Positions 12,808-23,226 of a DNA stretch of 32,000 nt are shown here, piece after piece. The position numbers and the translations under genes were made by a program. The DNA is taken from positions 30,001 to 62,000 of the forward strand of contig LM655252.1 in NCBI GenBank assembly GCA_000953435.1, read 5' to 3'. The notes beneath the pieces are model-generated. The model had not been told where the DNA came from. It was given only the letters and a program-made list of their open reading frames with translations, and made no database searches. The DNA comes from Candidatus Johnevansia muelleri. GTDB lineage: Bacteria > Pseudomonadota > Gammaproteobacteria > Johnevansiales > Johnevansiaceae. The stretch's first letter is position 1, and each line of letters begins with the position of its first letter.

Positions 12808-14150
12808 ATTTATTTTTAAAATATAATAATTTACAAGCCAATTGTAATTTTATCAATGAAAAATTACATAATCATATGCAAAAATTTTTATTTTATGCTG
12901 AGTGCACTGTATTAAAATTAATTGATCCGTTATCATATAAACGGAAATTAGCAAAAAAATATTTTTTAAAAATAGGATTACCTAATTTATTAGGTGAAGC
13001 ATGGAAATACACTAATATAAAAAAAAATATTAAAAATTGTTTTAATTTAGCAATTAATGCTAATTTTAGAAAATTACATTATAATAAAATAGCTATAAAT
13101 ATTAATGCACATAGGTTAGTTTTTATTGATGGAGTTTTTTATCCAAATTTTTCAAGTTTGAATAAATTAAATAACGGTGTGTATATTAAAACATTAAGCT
13201 CATTTTTAGCATCTGGTAATTGTCCTAAATGGATAGGTGATTTTAGCAAAAGTACTACAATATTTAATGCACTTAATCTTCTTTTTACGGGACAAGGAGT
13301 AGTAATTAATATTGCTTCTAATTATATTGTTGATAAACCAATATATATATTATATATATCACGGGAAAATAATATTGCAATTATGAGCAATCCTCATATA
13401 TTAATATATAGTGATAAGAATTCAAAAGCAAATATCATAGAGCACTACGTTGGTGAAGAAAATTCAAAAAATTTTATTAATGTAGTAACGGAAGCTTGGT
13501 TGAATACTAACGCTCATATTTCACATTATAAAATTCAAGAATCTGGTAATAAAGAATCCCATATTGCTAATATACAGGTTCATCAAGGGAAGAATAGTTC
13601 TTTTAATTCACATAATTTAAATATAGGAAGTGGGGCATTAACTCGTAATGATATTAATGTTGAATTAAATGGAAAAAATAGTAAAACTAATTTAATGGGA
13701 CTATTTATAGGTAGTGGTTATCAGCAGATTGATAATCACACAATAATTAATCATAATGTTCCATATACTTATTCTAATGAACATTATAAAGGTATTTTAA
13801 ATAATTATGCACATTGTGTATTTAATGGTAGAGTTTATATAAAACGTGGAGCTCAAAAAGTAGTTGCTTATCTTAAAAACGATAACATATTATTATCTAA
13901 TAATTGCGAAATATATACTAAACCTGAACTTGAAATTTATGCTAATGATGTTAATTGTTCGCATGGTGCTACTACAGGTCAAATTGATAAAAATTCACTT
14001 TTTTTTTTACAAACTAGAGGTATTGCTAAAAAACAAGCACAAATGCTACTAATGTTGGGTTTTATAAGAGAAATATTAAAATCTGTTAATATTTATAAAA
14101 TAGCAGAACATGTTGAATGTATAGTAGGTAAGGTATTAAAATTTAATTAA
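12804..14150 (+). CDS. sufD: Fe-S cluster assembly protein SufD
   Basis: The SufB/D-family C-terminal beta-helix region includes 'CSHGATTGQIDKNSLFFLQTRGI...LLMLGF'. The GTG start overlaps the sufC TGA stop (GTGA, 12804-12807). It sits between sufC and sufS. Confidence 0.85.
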   Translation: MNLFLKYNNLQANCNFINEKLHNHMQKFLFYAECTVLKLIDPLSYKRKLAKKYFLKIGLPNLLGEAWKYTNIKKNIKNCFNLAINANFRKLHYNKIAININAHRLVFIDGVFYPNFSSLNKLNNGVYIKTLSSFLASGNCPKWIGDFSKSTTIFNALNLLFTGQGVVINIASNYIVDKPIYILYISRENNIAIMSNPHILIYSDKNSKANIIEHYVGEENSKNFINVVTEAWLNTNAHISHYKIQESGNKESHIANIQVHQGKNSSFNSHNLNIGSGALTRNDINVELNGKNSKTNLMGLFIGSGYQQIDNHTIINHNVPYTYSNEHYKGILNNYAHCVFNGRVYIKRGAQKVVAYLKNDNILLSNNCEIYTKPELEIYANDVNCSHGATTGQIDKNSLFFLQTRGIAKKQAQMLLMLGFIREILKSVNIYKIAEHVECIVGKVLKFN

Positions 14151-14176
14151 TTTTATTATGTTTTAGGTTTTATTAC

Positions 14177-15427
14177 ATGCAAAATAATAAATTAAAACAA
14201 AAATTTGATATAAAAAAAATACGTAAAGAATTCCCTATACTTAATCGTTGTGTTTATAATAATTATCCTCTAATTTATTTAGATAATGCTGCTACTACTC
14301 AAATACCCCAGGTAGTAATTGATGTAATTGATGATTATTATCAACGTTATAATGCTAATATTCATAGAGGAATACATTGTATTTCAGATGAAGCCACTAT
14401 AGCGTATGAAGATGCAAGAATTATTATACGCAATTTTATTAATGCAAAAGATAATCGTGAAATTATTTTTACTAGAGGAACAACTGAATCTATTAATTTA
14501 GTAGCACAAAGTTATGGACGTAAAGAATTTAAATTCGGAGATGAAATACTTATTTCTAGTATGGAACATCATTCTAATATCGTTCCATGGCAACTGTTAG
14601 CGCATGACCTAGGATTAATTATTAAAGTTATCCCAATTGATGAACAAGGTTGTATAGATATACAAAATTATGAAGAGCTTTTTACTAAACGTACTAGAAT
14701 AGTTACAATAACTCATGTTTCAAATGTATTAGGAACCATTAATCCTATAAAACTTTTAGCTAATATTGCTCATAAAAATAATACTTTAATTATTGTAGAT
14801 GGAGCTCAAGCCGTACAGCATATAGATGTTGATGTACAGGATCTAGATGTTGATTTTTATGCTTTTTCAGGCCATAAAGTTTATGGACCTAATGGTATTG
14901 GAGTATTATATGGGAAATTAAAATTACTAGAATTAATGCCACCTTGGCAAGGTGGTGGTGAAATGATTGAAAGCGTTAATCTAGAAGGTAAAACTAAATT
15001 TAGTCAATCGCCACATAAATTTGAAGCAGGAACACCAGCTATTATAGAGGCAATAGCTTTAGGTAGGGCACTATGTTGGTTAACAAATTATAATTTTGAT
15101 TTTATAAAAATTTGGGAAAAAAAATTATTATTTAAAGCTTATAAAGAATTACAAAAAATAGATGGTGTCTATTTTATAGGTAAATCTTATAATAAAACAG
15201 CAGTTATTTCTTTTGTAATAGAAGGAATACATGCACAAGATATAGGGTTACTTATTGACCAGTATGGTGTAGCAATACGTACAGGGCATCATTGTGCACA
15301 GCCTTTATTAAACTTATATGGTTTAAATTCTACTTGTAGAATATCATTTGGTATTTATAATACTCTTGAAGAAGTTAATTATTTTATTAATTCTCTTCAT
15401 AATGTAATTTCTATAATGCGAGGTTGA
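14177..15427 (+). CDS. sufS: cysteine desulfurase SufS (group II)
   Basis: Contains 'LDNAATTQ', 'HSNIVPW', the PLP-lysine motif 'FSGHKVYGP' and the catalytic cysteine loop 'RTGHHCAQP'. Length is 416 aa. Confidence 0.93.
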   Translation: MQNNKLKQKFDIKKIRKEFPILNRCVYNNYPLIYLDNAATTQIPQVVIDVIDDYYQRYNANIHRGIHCISDEATIAYEDARIIIRNFINAKDNREIIFTRGTTESINLVAQSYGRKEFKFGDEILISSMEHHSNIVPWQLLAHDLGLIIKVIPIDEQGCIDIQNYEELFTKRTRIVTITHVSNVLGTINPIKLLANIAHKNNTLIIVDGAQAVQHIDVDVQDLDVDFYAFSGHKVYGPNGIGVLYGKLKLLELMPPWQGGGEMIESVNLEGKTKFSQSPHKFEAGTPAIIEAIALGRALCWLTNYNFDFIKIWEKKLLFKAYKELQKIDGVYFIGKSYNKTAVISFVIEGIHAQDIGLLIDQYGVAIRTGHHCAQPLLNLYGLNSTCRISFGIYNTLEEVNYFINSLHNVISIMRG

Positions 15428-15432
15428 TTATA

Positions 15433-15903
15433 ATGGATAATTTTTTTTTTAAAAAAAAAATAGTAATTTTACGTGATGTTGAAGCTTGTTTTATTCCTAA
15501 TTTAAAAAAAACATTATTACCTAAATATGTAATTGGAAATTTATTAAAATTTAATGAAAATTTATCAGCTAGTATTATATATAAAAATAATATTTATTTA
15601 ATTAATAATTTAGATGTATTAAGTTTTTATAATAAAAATTATATAAATGTTAATGATGAAATGTTAAAAGATTATATTTTAAAAGAATTGCATATTTTTT
15701 TTAAAACTGAAAAACAAATATATTATAATATATTTATTAATAATTTATTTAAATCAGGAAAAAGAGTTAATATCATAATAATTATAAATTATCCTAATTA
15801 TAATATAAGTAATATACTTGTTTATAAGATTCAAAATAAAATAATGAAAATATATACTATTACTCAAATAAATATTAATATAAATTATATTGATTTAAAA
15901 TAA
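15433..15903 (+). CDS. hypothetical protein, orphan ORF translationally coupled to sufS (possible highly degenerate Suf accessory protein)
   Basis: This is an uninterrupted 157-codon frame in what looks like the most AT-rich stretch of the window (not computed), where stop codons should be frequent by chance. GAGG at 15420-15423 lies 9 nt before ATG 15433. The ORF track begins at TTG 15424, which abuts the GAGG with no spacing. I recognise no family motif. The protein has a single Cys and is rich in N, I, K and Y. Confidence 0.5.
   Translation: MDNFFFKKKIVILRDVEACFIPNLKKTLLPKYVIGNLLKFNENLSASIIYKNNIYLINNLDVLSFYNKNYINVNDEMLKDYILKELHIFFKTEKQIYYNIFINNLFKSGKRVNIIIIINYPNYNISNILVYKIQNKIMKIYTITQINININYIDLK
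15440..15461. repeat. perfect 22-nt palindrome A-T10-A10-T inside the 5' end of the orphan ORF
   Basis: Read directly from the sequence: T x10 at 15441-15450 and A x10 at 15451-15460, flanked by A (15440) and T (15461). It is translated as N-FFF-KKK-I. Confidence 0.95.
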
Positions 15904-16959
15904 TTTATTTGATTTTCCAATACAAATTCCTTGTCTATCATAAATAATTACATATACTAAAATATTATTTTTCAATATATAACTAATTAATTCTTTAGCT
16001 TTTTTAGCAATAAAATCTCCTAAGTTTATATTTTTACTAATTGCTAATAAGAAACCTTCCATTACTGTATTAGCCATTATAATACATTTACATAATTTAA
16101 GACTTGCACCTTTATATCGTGCTAATGATGCTAAAAATATTAAATTAATGCTACCTCCAATTTGAGAATTAAGATCTAATATACCTTTAGCTAATTTTAA
16201 AATTTTTGCTATTCCTCCAGCAAGGCTTAATTTTTTTACAGGATGTTTTTGTAAATATTTAAGCATTATCCAAATAAAATTCCCTATTTTTATAAAAGCC
16301 ACTTTTTCTGTTTTATATATTTTTTTAATACTATTTTCTGATACAATACCTATTGAACAAGCAATATGAGTAATTTTTTCTGCTATAGCAACATCGATGC
16401 TTTGATGAATTGAATAAATCCAAGCAGAACAAGAAAATGGAATCACTATCCCTGTTGTACCTAGAATTGAAATTCCTCCAATTATACCTAATCTTTCATT
16501 AAGTGTTTTTTTAACTAATTTTTCTCCACCTGGAACAGATATTTCTATTTCAATATTTGGTAAATATCCTATAAACTTGATAATATTATCAATTATAATT
16601 TTACGTGGAATAGGATTTATAGCAGGTTCACCAGGTGCTATAGGTAAACCTGATTTTGTAACTATTCCCACTCCTGGACCTGATTTGAAAATAATACCTG
16701 TTTTTTTAAAAAGCGTCCTTACTGTAGAAATTATTAATACCCCATGTGTTACATCTGGGTCATCACCAGCATTTTTTACTACTCCAGCACTTGCCCATTT
16801 AAATCCTTTTTTTTGTATAACCAAACCAAATAATGGATTATCTCCTTTGGGTAAATTAACGATAACTTTTTTAGGAAAATATCCATTTGATAATGCAAAA
16901 TAAGCTGCTATAGTAGCTGCAGTAGCACAGCAACCTGTAGTCCAACCACGTAAATACAT
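15895..16959 (-). CDS. cbiD: CbiD-family protein (cobalt-precorrin-5B C1-methyltransferase homolog)
   Basis: Contains 'LRGWTTGCCATAA' (compare CbiD LRxGYTTGxCA), 'AGDDPDVTHGVLI', 'PGVGIVTKSGLPIAPGEPAINPIPRK' and 'ERLGIIGGISILGTTGIVIPFS'. At 354 aa it is collinear with Salmonella CbiD as I recall it. Confidence 0.85.
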   Translation of the reverse strand: MYLRGWTTGCCATAATIAAYFALSNGYFPKKVIVNLPKGDNPLFGLVIQKKGFKWASAGVVKNAGDDPDVTHGVLIISTVRTLFKKTGIIFKSGPGVGIVTKSGLPIAPGEPAINPIPRKIIIDNIIKFIGYLPNIEIEISVPGGEKLVKKTLNERLGIIGGISILGTTGIVIPFSCSAWIYSIHQSIDVAIAEKITHIACSIGIVSENSIKKIYKTEKVAFIKIGNFIWIMLKYLQKHPVKKLSLAGGIAKILKLAKGILDLNSQIGGSINLIFLASLARYKGASLKLCKCIIMANTVMEGFLLAISKNINLGDFIAKKAKELISYILKNNILVYVIIYDRQGICIGKSNKLF

Positions 16960-17077
16960 AAAATCACATACATTATGTAATAAATTATTTTTTACAATTA
17001 CGGAAATTAGTATAATAAAAATAAATTTAATACTATTGTAATTGTTATATTTGAATGTAATAAATTAAATAAATATT

Positions 17078-18295
17078 ATGCAATTTAAAATAATAAATAA
17101 TATTAACATACCTTCATTGGTAGATAAAAATGGATTTTTTGGTGAATTTGGTGGTATATTTGTTGCCGAAACGTTAATGCCATTGATTTTAGAAATTGAA
17201 TTAGCTTATACTAAATATAAAAATGATATTAAATTTCAAACTGATTTATCATATTATGCAAAAGATTATATTGGACGCCCTAGTCCACTTTATTATGCTA
17301 ATCGAATTACTGAATTTTTATCAGGCGCTAAAATATATTTTAAACGAGAGGATCTCAATCATACTGGAGCGCATAAAATAAATAATTGTATTGGACAAGT
17401 TATTTTAGCAAAAAAATTAGGTAAGACACGTATTATAGCTGAAACGGGAGCTGGAATGCATGGTGTAGCTACAGCAACAGTTGCTGCACATTTTAATATT
17501 GAATGTGTTATATATATGGGTTATACAGATATTAAACGCCAGCAAACTAATGTTTTTAAAATGAAATTATTAGGTGCTAAGGTTATACCAGTTAATTCAG
17601 GAAATGGTACACTGAAAGATGCAATGAATGAAGCACTTAGAGATTGGGTAACTAATATAAAAAATACTTTCTATATTATAGGTACAGTAGCTGGCCCTCA
17701 TCCATATCCTACTATGGTACGTGATTTTCAAGCAATAATAGGTAAAGAAGTCCGTAAACAAATTATAGAGCAAGAAGGAAAATTGCCAGATTATTTAATT
17801 GCTTGTATTGGTGGAGGTTCAAATGCCATAGGTTTATTTTATCCAATGCTTCAAGACAATGTATGTATGATTGGTGTAGAAGCAGGTGGACATGGTATTG
17901 ATAGTGGAAAACATGCAGCTAGTATTAATGGTGGTTCACCTGGTATTTTACATGGTAATAGAACATATTTATTACAAGATGATGATGGTCAAATTAAAGA
18001 TGCACATTCTATTTCTGCTGGACTAGATTATCCTGGTGTAGGACCAGAACATTCTTATTTATATGAAAATAATAGAGTAGAATATGTTTCAGTTACAGAT
18101 CAAGAAGCAATAGATAGTTTTAAACTTTGTTGTTCTTTAGAAGGTATTATTCCAGCACTAGAGTCAGCTCATGCAATAGCGCAAGTTATTAAAATTGCAC
18201 AAAATTTACCTAAAACACATATTATAGTAGTAAATTTAAGTGGCAGGGGTGATAAAGATATGGAAAGTGTAGATGATTATAATACACTGCAATAA
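17078..18295 (+). CDS. trpB: tryptophan synthase beta chain
   Basis: Contains the PLP-lysine motif '[11 protein letters not shown]' plus '[12 protein letters not shown]' and 'GGGSNAIG'. Length is 405 aa. Confidence 0.95.
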   Translation: MQFKIINNINIPSLVDKNGFFGEFGGIFVAETLMPLILEIELAYTKYKNDIKFQTDLSYYAKDYIGRPSPLYYANRITEFLSGAKIYFKREDLNHTGAHKINNCIGQVILAKKLGKTRIIAETGAGMHGVATATVAAHFNIECVIYMGYTDIKRQQTNVFKMKLLGAKVIPVNSGNGTLKDAMNEALRDWVTNIKNTFYIIGTVAGPHPYPTMVRDFQAIIGKEVRKQIIEQEGKLPDYLIACIGGGSNAIGLFYPMLQDNVCMIGVEAGGHGIDSGKHAASINGGSPGILHGNRTYLLQDDDGQIKDAHSISAGLDYPGVGPEHSYLYENNRVEYVSVTDQEAIDSFKLCCSLEGIIPALESAHAIAQVIKIAQNLPKTHIIVVNLSGRGDKDMESVDDYNTLQ

Positions 18296-18319
18296 GAATA
18301 TTAACCAGGAACTCTTATA

Positions 18320-19126
18320 ATGAATCGCATTAAAAGATGTTTTGATATATTAAAACAGGAAAAGCGTGCTGCTCTAGTAAGCTTTATTATGGCAGGAGAC
18401 TCAAGTTATGAAATATCATTCAATATATTGGAATCACTCCCTAAATATGGTGCTGATATAATAGAATTAGGTATGCCTTTTACAGATCCAATAGCTGATG
18501 GTAAAATTATACAAAAAGCTGCATTGAGAGCTTTAGCATCTGGGCAAACACAAAAAAAAACACTGGATATGGTACGTAGATTTAGGGATAATAATAAATA
18601 TACTCCATTGTTACTTATGGGTTATTATAATCCAATTTATAGATATGGTAAAAATCAATTTATTAAAGATGCTTATCAAGCAGGGGTAGATGGCTTGATT
18701 GTAGTTGATTTACCTCCTGAACATGATAAAGAAATTTGCATACATGCATATGAATTAAATATTGATTTCATACGATTAATTACCCCAACTACAAATTTTA
18801 AAAGATTACCTAAATTATTAACAAATGCTTCTGGGTTTCTTTATTACGTTTCTATTACAGGTGTTACAGGTAAGAAATTAACAAATATAACTTTTGTAAA
18901 AAAAGCAGTAATTAACCTCCGTCAGTATACTATGATGCCAATTGCTGTTGGTTTTGGTATACGCTGTAGGGAACAGGTAGAAATAATTTCTAAATTTAGC
19001 GATGCAGTTATTATTGGTTCAGCATTAGTTGAACTAATAGAAAAATCGAATAATAGTAAAGAAGCAATTCAATTAGTTTCAGAATTAATGAATGATTTAA
19101 GAAAAGGTATTATTAAGAAAAATTAA
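18320..19126 (+). CDS. trpA: tryptophan synthase alpha chain
   Basis: Contains 'IELGMPFTDPIADG', 'YYVSITGVTG' and 'VGFGI'. It is 268 aa and lies immediately downstream of trpB. Confidence 0.93.
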   Translation: MNRIKRCFDILKQEKRAALVSFIMAGDSSYEISFNILESLPKYGADIIELGMPFTDPIADGKIIQKAALRALASGQTQKKTLDMVRRFRDNNKYTPLLLMGYYNPIYRYGKNQFIKDAYQAGVDGLIVVDLPPEHDKEICIHAYELNIDFIRLITPTTNFKRLPKLLTNASGFLYYVSITGVTGKKLTNITFVKKAVINLRQYTMMPIAVGFGIRCREQVEIISKFSDAVIIGSALVELIEKSNNSKEAIQLVSELMNDLRKGIIKKN

Positions 19127-19147
19127 TATTAAAATAAAATATTTTAG

Positions 19148-20473
<1,326 letters not shown>

Positions 20474-20974
20474 ATTTTTTAGGATATTTATGCGTGCTAA
20501 TATAAAAACAAGGCTTATTACATTAATATAAAGATTTGACAGATGTAGAAAATTTGCAATTAGATTATGCTGTAAATTATGTAGCAAATGCGTATTCATG
20601 CTAAAATATTTAAAACTACATTAAAAATTTTTTGATGCTTTAATTATTGCACATTGTGCTAGTGCAATTATTTGATGTTTTGAATCTGAAAAAAAATTCT
20701 ACTGGCGCTAATTTTGATTTTTTATATTCATAAAACTGTTGGGTCATATAATAAACACTATATTTATATAACATTGATTATCATTACGTAAACTATTTAA
20801 AAAAATTAAAATTAACATAAAATATAATAAATTATTTTTGATTTATATACTAACATATAGCTACACGTAATGCAAATACCATTATTGTTTGCTGGAGATG
20901 TAGTATATCATATATATCGTAAGGCAATTAATTCTGCTGGTAGCGTATTTCTGGCAATATACGTTGACCGATAA
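20474..20974. other. 501-bp gene-free spacer between convergent argG and dapE; probable eroded gene remnant(s)
   Basis: The ORF track lists no ORF in any frame here. This is the largest non-coding gap in the window by far; the next largest is 118 bp. It appears less AT-rich at both flanks than in the core at about 20760-20860 (by eye, not counted). It contains a 13-codon ORF with AGGA (20490-20531) and a 34-codon ORF (20870-20974). Confidence 0.4.
20646..20681 (+). terminator. weak candidate intrinsic terminator or hairpin
   Basis: A 7-bp stem ATTGCAC (20646-20652) pairs with GTGCAAT (20662-20668) around a 9-nt loop, followed by 'TATTTGATGTTTT'. Only 3 of the pairs are G:C, and it sits about 170 nt downstream of the argG stop. 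Confidence 0.2.
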
Positions 20975-22165
20975 TTATAATAAATATTCTATAATAGTTT
21001 GATAAGTTGTAGTTAGTAAATATAAATCAGACACTAAAACACATTCATTTATTTTATGTATAGTTTTTCCCACCAATCCCAGTTCTATTACCTGAGATCC
21101 TAATTTAGATAAAAATCTACCATCTGATGTTCCTCCTGAAGTTGAAATTATTGGTGACATCCCACATATTATTTTAACACCAGTTATTACTGCATCAATT
21201 AATTCTCCTTCATTTGTAATGAATGGTTCTCCTGAAAGTGACCAATCAATATGATAATCTACATTTTCAAATAAACCATGGTTAGCAAATATTAATTTAA
21301 CGCGGGTACGTATTTGTGATATTTTAATATCATTAGAAAATCTAAAATTACATACTATAATTGCTTTATTAGGTACTACATTTTCTGCCCCTATACCAGC
21401 ATTAAAATTTGAAATTTGAAAGCTAGTAGCAGTAAAAAATTTATTACCACAATTCCATTTTTCTGTAATAAGTGCTAATATTACAGGTATTGCTATATGT
21501 ATAGGGTTAATTAATGATTTTTCATAGGCAATATGACCTTGTATTCCATAAATAATAATTTTAGAATTAAGTGATCCTCTGCGGCCATTTTTTATCATAT
21601 CACCAAATTTGTATACACAAGAAGGTTCACCTACAATGCAATATTCAATTTTTTCATTACGTTGGTAAAGTTTATCAATTACAGCTTTAGTACCATATAT
21701 AGCCTTGCCTTCTTCATCGCTAGTTAGTAAAATAGCAATTCTTCCTTTATGTGATGGATTATTATTAATAAAACGTTCTATTGCTGTAACCATAGCGGCT
21801 AAACTACATTTCATATCAGCTGCTCCCCGTCCATAAATATATCTTTCATATAAAGTTGGGGTGAATGGTGGGGTTTTCCAAATATATTCCGGGCCACTAG
21901 GTACTACATCAGTATGGCCCAAGAATGCTAATGTTTTTCCTATACCTCTGGTAGCCCATAAATTCGTAACATTATTTATTTTAATAGTTTCAATATTAAA
22001 ACCAAGATTGGATAATCGCTTAGAAATTATATATTGACATCCAGCATCTTTAGGAGTAATGGACCTACGAGATATAAGATCCATTGCTAAATTCAATGTA
22101 TTATCGTATTTATTATTTTGTATTTTTATTATTTTATTTTTATATAATTTCGATAAAAATACCAT
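20975..22165 (-). CDS. dapE: succinyl-diaminopimelate desuccinylase
   Basis: M20 peptidase motifs 'GHTDVVP', 'GRGAADMK' and 'TSDEEG' are present, along with an N-terminal 'RRSITPKDAGCQ' (E. coli 'RRPSLSPDDAGCQ'). The called start gives about 17-20 extra N-terminal residues compared with E. coli, so the true start may lie further downstream. Confidence 0.9.
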   Translation of the reverse strand: MVFLSKLYKNKIIKIQNNKYDNTLNLAMDLISRRSITPKDAGCQYIISKRLSNLGFNIETIKINNVTNLWATRGIGKTLAFLGHTDVVPSGPEYIWKTPPFTPTLYERYIYGRGAADMKCSLAAMVTAIERFINNNPSHKGRIAILLTSDEEGKAIYGTKAVIDKLYQRNEKIEYCIVGEPSCVYKFGDMIKNGRRGSLNSKIIIYGIQGHIAYEKSLINPIHIAIPVILALITEKWNCGNKFFTATSFQISNFNAGIGAENVVPNKAIIVCNFRFSNDIKISQIRTRVKLIFANHGLFENVDYHIDWSLSGEPFITNEGELIDAVITGVKIICGMSPIISTSGGTSDGRFLSKLGSQVIELGLVGKTIHKINECVLVSDLYLLTTTYQTIIEYLL

Positions 22166-22182
22166 TTTAGCAATATTATAAA

Positions 22183-23208
22183 TTATTTATTTTTATGAAG
22201 TTCTTCATTAAGCATAATATAACTTTTATTTATACGGCATTCAATTCTGCCTTTAATAGAGTTTCTTATAAAAAGTAAATCGCTTTTATTAGATAATTCT
22301 CTTGCAGCGACGATTTTTACAAATTTATTATTTTTATCTAATATTACAATTTTAGCACTAGGGGTAATATATAGCCCTGATTCTATAGTACATCTATCTC
22401 CTAGTGAAATCCCACAGCCTGCATTTGCTCCAATTAAACAATTTTGACCTATATAAATAATAATATTACCACCACCAGATAAAGTTCCCAATGTAGAAGC
22501 CCCCCCGCCTATATCTGTATTTTTACCAATTAATACACCTGCAGAAATTCTTCCTTCAATCATTGCTGGTCCTTCTGTACCTGCATTAAAATTACAGAAA
22601 CCTTCATGCATAATAGTAGTGCCTTCCCCTATATACGCACCTAAACGTACTCTGGCAGTATCAGCAATACGTATGCCTTTAGGTACAACGTAATCAGTCA
22701 TTTTAGGAAATTTATCTACACAATTTACAGATAATGTACGACCTTCAAGTCTTGCTTTTAATTGGTAAATATTAATTTCATCAACATCTATTGCACCTTC
22801 ATTTGTCCAAGCTATATTTTTGAGCTGGCTAAACATATTTTTCAGATTTATAGAATTAGGCTTTACAATACGATGAGAAATCAAATGAAGTTTTAAATAT
22901 ACTTCTGCAATGTTAATAGGTGGGATATCTTTTATAATAAAAGTTGCAATAATGGGGCGTTTGCTTTTAGCAAAATATTCAATTATTTTGGCTTGATTAT
23001 TTTCTCCAATAGAATAAAAATTTTTTGCTACTTTAATACAATCTTTAGGAGAAAATATTATACTGCCTTTATTAGCATCAAAATTAAGTATTTTTTGAAT
23101 TGTATCTGTTAATAATTTATTAGGATTTAATATAGGTTCAGGATAATAAATTTCAATTAATTGCCCACTACTATTTTTAGTGCCAATACCTAGTCCAAAA
23201 CTTAACAT
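22183..23208 (-). CDS. dapD: 2,3,4,5-tetrahydropyridine-2,6-dicarboxylate N-succinyltransferase, long (Pseudomonas-type, about 340 aa) form
   Basis: Contains 'YLKLHLISHRIVKP', 'VDKFPKMTDYVVPKGIRIADTARVRLGAYIGEGTT' and 'GTLSGGGN', plus hexapeptide repeats. At 341 aa it has the extra N-terminal domain absent from the 274-aa E. coli enzyme. Confidence 0.92.
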   Translation of the reverse strand: MLSFGLGIGTKNSSGQLIEIYYPEPILNPNKLLTDTIQKILNFDANKGSIIFSPKDCIKVAKNFYSIGENNQAKIIEYFAKSKRPIIATFIIKDIPPINIAEVYLKLHLISHRIVKPNSINLKNMFSQLKNIAWTNEGAIDVDEINIYQLKARLEGRTLSVNCVDKFPKMTDYVVPKGIRIADTARVRLGAYIGEGTTIMHEGFCNFNAGTEGPAMIEGRISAGVLIGKNTDIGGGASTLGTLSGGGNIIIYIGQNCLIGANAGCGISLGDRCTIESGLYITPSAKIVILDKNNKFVKIVAARELSNKSDLLFIRNSIKGRIECRINKSYIMLNEELHKNK

Positions 23209-23226
23209 ATATAAAATCCTATTGTA

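Noticed and set aside
13864-14052. 62-aa plus-strand ORF
   Set aside because: It is an alternative frame inside sufD. The peptide is low-complexity, and the sufD frame carries the conserved SufB/D C-terminal motifs.
16577-16903. 108-aa plus-strand ORF (the longest shadow ORF)
   Set aside because: It is antisense to the best-conserved, relatively GC-richer part of cbiD. The open antisense frame is expected there and has no independent start signal or motif.
17011-17016. TATAAT hexamer in the cbiD/trpB divergent spacer as a trpB promoter -10 element
   Set aside because: The nearest TTACAA/TTTACA -35-like element is only 13-14 nt away, which is too short. In spacers this AT-rich, TATAAT-like hexamers are expected by chance. 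It cannot be supported without transcription start site data.
20536-20571. Perfect TTGACA at 20536 as an orphan promoter in the large spacer
   Set aside because: No acceptable -10 element lies at 16-18 nt spacing (ATTAGA or TTAGAT, at best 3 of 6 matches), and there is no downstream gene to drive.
20474-20974. Possible tRNA, tmRNA, RNase P RNA or 4.5S RNA in the 501-bp spacer
   Set aside because: I found no G/C-rich acceptor or T-arm sequences, no GGGG/CCCC runs, no GTTCGAATC-like T-loop, and none of the conserved RNase P or SRP core strings on either strand. A novel sRNA cannot be excluded but is unsupported.
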